Shown here in pieces: positions 34,652 through 42,200 of a DNA stretch of 59,812 bases (positions are counted from its first letter, which is position 1; every line of letters starts with the position of its first letter). Source of the DNA: Candidatus Staskawiczbacteria bacterium (lineage in GTDB: Bacteria; Patescibacteriota; Minisyncoccia; Minisyncoccales; Staskawiczbacteraceae); contig JBAZYR010000007.1 in the NCBI GenBank assembly GCA_041659225.1, positions 1 to 59,812 on the forward strand, in the 5' to 3' direction. The position numbers and the translations under genes were made by a program. The notes beneath the pieces were generated by a model, which was not told the origin of the DNA, did no database searches, and saw only the letters and a list, made by a program, of their open reading frames with translations.

Positions 34652-35526
34652 AAAAATCTTGAGAGCGCAACAGCTACGACGCTGCTGACTATTATTAATA
34701 TTATTATAAGATAAACTAAATAGTTTTCATACCACAATAAAGGATTCGGGGCCGGTAGGATTACAATTCTGGCGTTACCGGCCCGATCAACTGCTTTCAG
34801 ATAAACAAAACTCCGCAGTTGCTGGTCTTTCAATAAATACGGGCTTTCTGCATTTTCCCATCCGGTTAAAAAAGATAATAAATCCTGTTTTACTTCGCGA
34901 ACCTGGTAGTAATCAATGCCTGAGTTTTTGTCCTGAGTGTTAAAAGATAAAAACCATTGCCCGTCAAAAATATCCGGGTGCTGGCTAATTTCCGGAATAA
35001 AGGACTCAGGAAGTTCTGTGTCTGCCGGCTCTTCCGGTATTACTTCTTCGGGCGGTCCAGCTGCTATTACTTGGAAATTAAGAGCACTGGGATTTAAAGT
35101 AGCTTCCGTCCCCTGTCCGTCGTTCAATAAAATCTTAGCCTGGTTGATAGCAAAACTCTTTTCTCCTGTGTTTAAAGGGACTAAATAAATTTTCAGAAGC
35201 ACGCCGGTCTTCCCCTGAAAACCGCCGGCCATGATTCCAGACAACGATATCTCTCCGCTATCCTTGGATAGAACTGGCTGTTCTATCCAAAAACTGATTA
35301 CAGAACCTGCTTCATTTATCCTTTTAACAAGGAAGTCTTCTTTCGAATAATTTAATTTTAGATCTATCGCGTTAATATTCTGATCCTCCGTGTCTATGGA
35401 TAAGATCACCTCAGCCGTCTGATTAACGACTAATTGCGGAGGGAACATAATAAATCGGGACGCTCTCGCCTCGCTCGCGTAAGATAGAAGTATTAAACTG
35501 ATGAAAAATACAACGACCTTTTTCAT
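34636..35526 (-). CDS. Cohesin-like domain protein with C-terminal TM anchor
   Basis: Signal peptide. VVNQTAEVILSIDTEDQNINAIDLKLNYSKEDFLVKRINEAGSVIS...GVLLKIYLVPLNTGEKSF. C-terminal LVYLIIILIIVSSVVAVALSRFLWRKK. Overlaps the next gene by 16 nt. Confidence 0.6.
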   Translation of the reverse strand: MKKVVVFFISLILLSYASEARASRFIMFPPQLVVNQTAEVILSIDTEDQNINAIDLKLNYSKEDFLVKRINEAGSVISFWIEQPVLSKDSGEISLSGIMAGGFQGKTGVLLKIYLVPLNTGEKSFAINQAKILLNDGQGTEATLNPSALNFQVIAAGPPEEVIPEEPADTELPESFIPEISQHPDIFDGQWFLSFNTQDKNSGIDYYQVREVKQDLLSFLTGWENAESPYLLKDQQLRSFVYLKAVDRAGNARIVILPAPNPLLWYENYLVYLIIILIIVSSVVAVALSRFLWRKK

Positions 35527-35558
35527 TTATTTATCAAATTTATATAATACATATATTT

Positions 35559-36875
35559 CTAGCCGGTCCAGTAATACGCCATTATACTAAAATCAACTAA
35601 ATCAATTTTGTTGTCGCTATTCAGCTTTTCCCGTTCCAAAGCTGCAAACGATTCACTAAGCTGGCGTTTGTACCAAAAGGCGGCTATTGAGAAATCCACA
35701 AGGTTGACTTTGCAATCTCCGTTAAGGTCCGCTTTTGCCGGACACTTTGTTGGAACTTTTGGTGTTGTTTTATTCCCAACCTTAAACCCAACCGAAGGGC
35801 TGAAGGAACTTATTAATCCAGCCACAGCGGTTTTAGATTTTGCTGCATGCTGGCCTAAATCTAAGGGCGAGGTATCAAAATATGAAAGGTAAACGCCGTC
35901 TTTATCAGATTTTGTTTTAACAAAGAACTCTTCCTCGGAATTAATACTGATAGTAACCTCGCCTTCTGGAACGCTTTGGCCCAAAACTACTATGTTGTCC
36001 CCTCTCTTAACTTCTGTTTTATCAACGTCGATAGTCGGAGAAAGAAAAATTCCGGTAATGTTAGCCACAGAACCCTGAGTAACTGCTACTTGGAAGTTAA
36101 AGGAAGAAGATTTTCTGTTCTGGCTATCTTCACTGAAAACTGAAAAAAGATAATTACCGGAAGAAAGGCTGTTCAGGCTAACGCTGAAATTCGCATCCAA
36201 CCCGGCAATTGTAGTAATGCTAATTTGCCCATCCTTCAAAACCGTAACCTTACTCATAGGATAAGCCCTACCGGAGAAAACAACTTGGGTTACGGGGGGC
36301 GGAGGGGGCCCTCCGCCGCCGCCACCGCCACCGCCGCCACCGGGACATTGCCCGCAATCGGCAGAACAGGTATTACAAGCCTCTCCGTTGTTACAAATTC
36401 CGTCCCCGCAGTAAGGAGCAACTGTTCTGGTGCTCAACGGCCGCCAATCTGTTACAACCTTACAACTTAGGCAGGTTGAGGAATTAAAATTAATAACTCC
36501 TGTGATATCTCCGTTGGCCGTACCGGTAAATTCGCCCGAGGAATTTATAACAACACCAGCAAAGTTTATCCATCCGGTATTTTCTCCCCAAGCGTAGCCG
36601 GAAAGCGTACCTTCGTTATTATTCTTCACTCCGCTTTGCGTCGGGTTTAAATTGATCCAGCCGTAATTAGCTGACCAAATATAGCCCGTTAGCGCAGCAT
36701 CAGTTACGTGAACGTTGCCCACTGTAGTCCCGAAATTTAACCAAGCGATATCTTCCGACCAAGCGTATTTATACGTCGAATTTATTGTGCCGTCAGAAGT
36801 CGATGCAAATACAATTGCAGATGAGCCGAGTGTTCCGACAATGATAAATAGAATTAGTAATAATTTATTTTTCAC
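35559..36875 (-). CDS. Secreted protein with Trp-rich GWINF repeats, Cys-rich module, Gly11-Pro5 linker, Ig-like region and C-terminal dockerin-like EF-hand pair
   Basis: YAWSEDIAWLNF / ANYGWINL / ENTGWINF. YCGDGICNNGEACNTCSADCGQC. PGGGGGGGGGGGPPPPP. DLNGDCKVNLVDFSIAAFWY and NSDNKIDLVDFSIMAYYW. Confidence 0.65.
   Translation of the reverse strand: MKNKLLLILFIIVGTLGSSAIVFASTSDGTINSTYKYAWSEDIAWLNFGTTVGNVHVTDAALTGYIWSANYGWINLNPTQSGVKNNNEGTLSGYAWGENTGWINFAGVVINSSGEFTGTANGDITGVINFNSSTCLSCKVVTDWRPLSTRTVAPYCGDGICNNGEACNTCSADCGQCPGGGGGGGGGGGPPPPPVTQVVFSGRAYPMSKVTVLKDGQISITTIAGLDANFSVSLNSLSSGNYLFSVFSEDSQNRKSSSFNFQVAVTQGSVANITGIFLSPTIDVDKTEVKRGDNIVVLGQSVPEGEVTISINSEEEFFVKTKSDKDGVYLSYFDTSPLDLGQHAAKSKTAVAGLISSFSPSVGFKVGNKTTPKVPTKCPAKADLNGDCKVNLVDFSIAAFWYKRQLSESFAALEREKLNSDNKIDLVDFSIMAYYWTG
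36294..36353 (-). repeat. GC-rich simple-sequence tract encoding the Gly11-Pro5 linker
   Basis: ggggggcggagggggccctccgccgccgccaccgccaccgccgccaccggg. Confidence 0.9.
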
Positions 36876-36905
36876 TGAATAATCGTTCTCTAATTTGATT
36901 GACTG

Positions 36906-39224
36906 TTATTTCGCTGCCGGCGCCTCCTCAACCGGTGCGGGTATTTCCTGCCCTATTCCTTCCAATGGTTTGTTCCCTGATTTAAGATTATTCAAAACTT
37001 TCTTTATGGTCTCATCGGCTGGATTCAGATCCACCACTTTTTGGATGCTGTCAATTGCTTTCGCATTTTGCCCAAGCTCGTAATAGGTTAAGCCCAAAAA
37101 GTATAGGGCATTGGAATAATTCGGCGATATTCCGACTGCCCTCTCGAATTCCCCTTGGGCGCCTTGATAGTCTTTGCTCTGGTAGTAAAGCAAGCCTAGC
37201 TGGAGAGCCAAGCCGACATCTTGCGGTGCATAATTTCTAGTATCTTCTAAGCGACTAATCGCTTCATCTGTCTTCCCAGCCGCCTGAGATACCATGGCCA
37301 TTTGGAAACGCGCTGGCGCGTAATCAGACTTTAACAAAATAGCTTTGCTCAACTGTTCTTCAGCTTGTGAAAGCAAGCTGGCTTTCTCTCCTGCTTTATC
37401 CTGAGGCAAAGAAAGCGCTTGATTCAAAAATACTATTCCTTTTTGCGTTGGATAATATGGATTATTCGGTGCCAATTCCATAGCAGAATCATAGGCTTTT
37501 ATTGCCCATGACTCTGAATCAGGAACTAAGCCGATTAAATTCTGATAAATCAATCCTCTCACCGCCCAATTAGAGTCGTTCTTTGAATTTATATCAGTTG
37601 CTATTTTCGAAGCGTTTATCGAGTTCGCTACCAGCATTTGAATATTTTTGCCTCTTTCCTCCTGAGAATTATCTGTTCTCTGAGCCTCCTGTTTAACCTT
37701 GGAAAGATACAACTGAGATAATTGCCTAAAGTAAAGATCAGAGGATGGATTCAAACTTGCTGCTTTTTCAATATTTTTAATTCCTTCGTCGCCATTGCCT
37801 TTCTGCAGCTGCGTTAATCCGGCGGTGTAATTAATTTCGGCAATATATTTTTGGCCCGTTAAAATCAAAAGCCCTAAGCCGAATATGAAACAAAGGGTGA
37901 AAATGAAAGTCACGCTCAAAGCCATCACAGAAGACGATTCCAATGGATATTGCTTTCTCTCCTTGGAGGTTAGGGCGATAAACACGGCAATCAGAAAGAA
38001 ATACAGGAAATCTAAGACAAACGCGCTGTTGTAAAGGAAGTATCCGACGCTTAGAACCATAAAAGCAGCGATAACTCCAAGAGTTACATTCCAATGCTCA
38101 TCATTGTTTTTCTTAGCTAAGAAGACTTTAATTCCTTGGAAAATAGTAATAAACATTAAGAATAAAAAAGAAAGCGCGCCTAGGATCCCCGTCGTTCCTA
38201 AAACAGTTAAAAACTTTGAGCCCGCCCCTCCAAATTTTACGTTCCAAAACATGCTGGCGTTAAAATCAGCTCCTATATACTTAGAAAAATCATAAACAAA
38301 TGTTCCTGGACCGGAACCGAAGATCGGACTGGCTTTCAAAGTTTGTAAAACAATATCCAGACTTGCCTTCTGACTTAATGAAAATTCAGCAGGAGCCGAA
38401 GACAAAATATTTACTGCCGGCCTTAAAACAACAAAGAATAAGGAAAGGGCCAAAAAGAACATCGGCAAGATTAACCAGCGGCTATCAAAAGAACTCTTTT
38501 TCTGCATTCCGAAAATTATGATCAAGGCTGACCCTACTATCACCAGCCACCATAACACCAAAAAGTTAAGCGCCACGATCAAAACCAATGTGAATATCAC
38601 AGCCCAAAAAAGAATCGCTGCCAATGCTTTCCTTTTCGTGAGCAAAGAAATAACGAGCGGTAAAAATACGACAGCTAGCAATCCCAATGCTCCGGCTGCG
38701 CCGATTGTATTGAACGCTGTAGCTTTCGTAAAAGCCAACGGGAGTAAGAATAAACCGAAAATTTGCAAACATCCGAATATCAGGGCCAGAAATCCCGAGA
38801 AGGCTAGGATTAAAACTAAATTATATATTTCTTTTTTGTTGAATATGTTGCTTACCAGGAAATAGAAAACAATCAGCCCTATCAGTCCTACTAGACTTTC
38901 AGAAACAACCTGCGGCCAACCCCAGAAACTCCCGTATCTCCATAAAGAAAATATAGTTGAAAGAAGGGAAAAAACAAAAAACACAACCACAGCGATATGT
39001 ATTTTGCTCAAATTTATGCTTATTTGTTTGGAAATAACGGACTTAAGCATCCACGCAAAAAGAGACAAGGCAGAAAGCAATAAAAGCAATGTTTGTTTAT
39101 TAAAATCAAGTATGTCAGACGTCCATGGAAGGAAAAAGATTGGAAGTAACGCAACCAGGACGTAAATGCTATACTTGGCGACATAATCACAAATTCTGGC
39201 TATGAGAGAGTTCTCTTTTGGCAT
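36906..39224 (-). CDS. O-antigen ligase/Wzy_C-family polytopic membrane protein fused to C-terminal TPR repeats
   Basis: At least 10 TM helices. Wzy_C-like loop ending SPIFGSGPGTFVYDF. C-terminal ~290 aa of TPR-like repeats (YFRQLSQLYL, ALYFLGLTYYELGQNAKAIDSIQKVVDLNP). Confidence 0.7.
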   Translation of the reverse strand: MPKENSLIARICDYVAKYSIYVLVALLPIFFLPWTSDILDFNKQTLLLLLSALSLFAWMLKSVISKQISINLSKIHIAVVVFFVFSLLSTIFSLWRYGSFWGWPQVVSESLVGLIGLIVFYFLVSNIFNKKEIYNLVLILAFSGFLALIFGCLQIFGLFLLPLAFTKATAFNTIGAAGALGLLAVVFLPLVISLLTKRKALAAILFWAVIFTLVLIVALNFLVLWWLVIVGSALIIIFGMQKKSSFDSRWLILPMFFLALSLFFVVLRPAVNILSSAPAEFSLSQKASLDIVLQTLKASPIFGSGPGTFVYDFSKYIGADFNASMFWNVKFGGAGSKFLTVLGTTGILGALSFLFLMFITIFQGIKVFLAKKNNDEHWNVTLGVIAAFMVLSVGYFLYNSAFVLDFLYFFLIAVFIALTSKERKQYPLESSSVMALSVTFIFTLCFIFGLGLLILTGQKYIAEINYTAGLTQLQKGNGDEGIKNIEKAASLNPSSDLYFRQLSQLYLSKVKQEAQRTDNSQEERGKNIQMLVANSINASKIATDINSKNDSNWAVRGLIYQNLIGLVPDSESWAIKAYDSAMELAPNNPYYPTQKGIVFLNQALSLPQDKAGEKASLLSQAEEQLSKAILLKSDYAPARFQMAMVSQAAGKTDEAISRLEDTRNYAPQDVGLALQLGLLYYQSKDYQGAQGEFERAVGISPNYSNALYFLGLTYYELGQNAKAIDSIQKVVDLNPADETIKKVLNNLKSGNKPLEGIGQEIPAPVEEAPAAK

Positions 39225-39242
39225 GGTTTAATTATATTAATT

Positions 39243-42200
39243 TTAAAACTTAATTAATTTTCCAATTTCTTCTTTCAAATTGCTTATGATATTCAATACT
39301 CCTTGTAATAATCCCGACGTTGCCGAGCCGGCTGCTTCCTTTATCGTCGGAGTAGATTCTTTAATAAAACTCATAATCTTCGGAAACAGTCCTGCTGCTG
39401 CCGATTCCTTAACAAACTCCGCTGATTCTTCCACTGCTTTTAAGGCTTTGTCCAGCAAACCTGTGGGCTCTGCTTCTTCCACAGGTGGCTCCTCTGCGGG
39501 CACTTCTTCCTGCACTTGGATCTCCTCTAGCGGTGGCGTCTCTTCCAGGACCTCTGGTTCCGGCTCTACCGGCTGAGATAGTTCTTCAACCTGCACTTGT
39601 AAATCCTCAACATCTTCTTTAATGTTCTCAACTTTTTTATCAATTGATTTATTCAACTCGCTCTTTAATTCCTGTTTAACTTCTTGCTTTATCTCTTCGA
39701 CTGAACCCTCTGGTAAAACCTCTGGTTGGACCTCTGGCGTAATTTCTATATCTGGTTCAGTCTCAATCTCTGGAGCCGGTTCCGGGGTTGGCTCAATCAC
39801 AACCTCTTCTATCGCGTCGCAAGCCCCTTTAGTTTTTTGCCACTCGCCATTTTCAATCCATGTACAGTATGCGTCTCCATTAGCAGAGTCAATCATTTCC
39901 ATTTTCTCAAGACGAGCAGTCCTGGCGGTAAACTTATCTGCAACCACCTCCTTTAATGTGGCCACCCCGTTAACAACTGCCATGCCTAAATCCATCAAAG
40001 ACTGGCCTATCGCTTGACTTGAAACTCCTGAAACTTGTCCGCCGCCGACATAACCAGTGCCGCCTATTTGTATTGAACCTCCGCCTAAAATATTAATCTT
40101 CTGGTCCAGCTCTTTCACCGCTTCAAGCAACACCGCCGTAAATTGGGAATAATTTATTCCGAGATCACCGTTCGGATTTTCCACAACCAACTCTGGGAAT
40201 TGCTGCTGCATCTCCTCGGCAATCATACCTATTTGAACTTGGCCGGGGGCGGTAATCGGGTTAGTCTCCAAATATTTATCGTCGTACGAATAATACACAC
40301 CCCGCAAGGCCATAACCTTGTCGATAACCGAACCCAAGCCCGCTATATCTTTTTTATTCTTAATATCTGAGGTGGTGCAAGATATGACAATGCCTTTGCT
40401 GACATTCACAGAGGTGCAACCCGTTCCATCTACTCCGGCTGTCGAGCCGGCAAAATAATTGGTGATGTAAGCATTTTTATAAATATGAGTAGTGTCGCCT
40501 AAATCTATGTCGTTCGTAGTTGTGGGCGCTAACTTCCCGTCAACTAGCCCAATTTGAGATGTCCCGTTAAAGGCGAACTTTAATACACCTGTTTTATTAT
40601 CTATCCAGCTATCCGTTCCGTTGTGATAAATAGATAAATCTGTGCCGGAGCCAAAATACATCTTTACGTTATCATTCATTATGTTGTCCGCATCCGAGAT
40701 AAAACCGTAAGCGTTTACTGTTCCGGTAAGAGCACCTGTATCTACATTATACACCGCGGGAACAGTGAGATATAGTTGTGCGAGATTAAAATTACCTGCG
40801 TAATCGGTTGTCCTTTCGTTTTGGAGAGTATTTGTTAGTTGAAGATTATAAAATGATTGGGTAGTCGCATCCGCTGTCCACGTAGCTGCGTCTTTTATGG
40901 TATTAAGCGCTTGAATGTTTGTTCCTATGCCATTTATCACATAACCAGAGGGGTCTCCATCATATCCGCCTTGAACTTTCCAAGAGTTAGGGTAATAAAC
41001 ATCAGCTAGGCCATTAGTATAGTGATCTATCGCAACTAAAGAATTTATAAAAGTAGAGTTATCCTCATTAGGATTCCTATAGTCCACCTGTAAGTCTATT
41101 CCTTTACCAATAAAGCTATCGGTAGTTGAGTCCAACCTTACATAAAACGGTATGCCTGCCTGCCCATAGGCAGCAGAGCCAAGATTAAAAGTATTATATG
41201 CATTTACTGTCTGCGCTGTTGTGGAAGCCCACCTCTTAGCAGAGCTGCCGTTGCTATAGACATTGTCGCTGATTGGAGATATTGTACTCGGTGAAAAAAT
41301 CCCGCCAACCGATATATCTCCGGCAGTAGTCAGGTTGCCGCCCCAAAGCTCGCTGGTGACAGTAATCTGAGTTTGTTTTACCCCTATGCGGGTATAATCA
41401 TAATAGGCATAAATATCGCCGCCTCCGCTCACAACATTTCTGCTCATCAAATAGACCTTAAAATCATCTCCGATATAGTTTCCTACATTAGAGGTCATTG
41501 CCTCGTTAACATCTTGGAGCGTTGCTCCGCTTGCATTAGCGCCAATCTGCTCCCAGGAAACAGTATTGTAATTCCAGATGTAGAATGCGAAGGTTTTACT
41601 GCTTGCCCAATAAGCTATGACTTGAGCGTAAATAGCCGAGTAGTATGATTCTGGTACTCCTGTTGGTAGTTGAATTTTAGTTAAAAACCCATGCCAATTG
41701 ACTGATTCAAACAAATATCCCGTCGCATTATCGATAACGATTCCGTCGTTGATTGAAAATTGAGTTAGCTGCCCAGCACCCGTTATTTGAGTCGCTCCGG
41801 TAATCCAGGTCGCTGGCGCTGCAGTAAGATCAGATTCTGTGGCGGAAGACTTAGCATACAAACTCGTGACGCTGGAACCTCTTAAGAAATCATAGTACGT
41901 ATAAGAAGGCGCCGCTGCATCTATTTTATAGGTTGGCGCCTGAAAAGAACCTGTGGTAGTAAATCCTCCTGCGGTTAAAGTAGTACCGTCAAAAGTCAGA
42001 TTGGCATTGTCGCCTATTGTATTAGCTGATGTTGAATAAAGAACTCTAGTTGAAGTCGTGGTCGCAGGATATACGACGGTACTGTTCACCCAGTTCGTTC
42101 CGTCTGATCTTAATAATGTGTTCAATGTTCCTCCGGTTGCAGGATAGGTTGCTGTGGACCAAGCCGGAGCACCCGTTCCTCCGCTCCGAAGAATCTGGCC

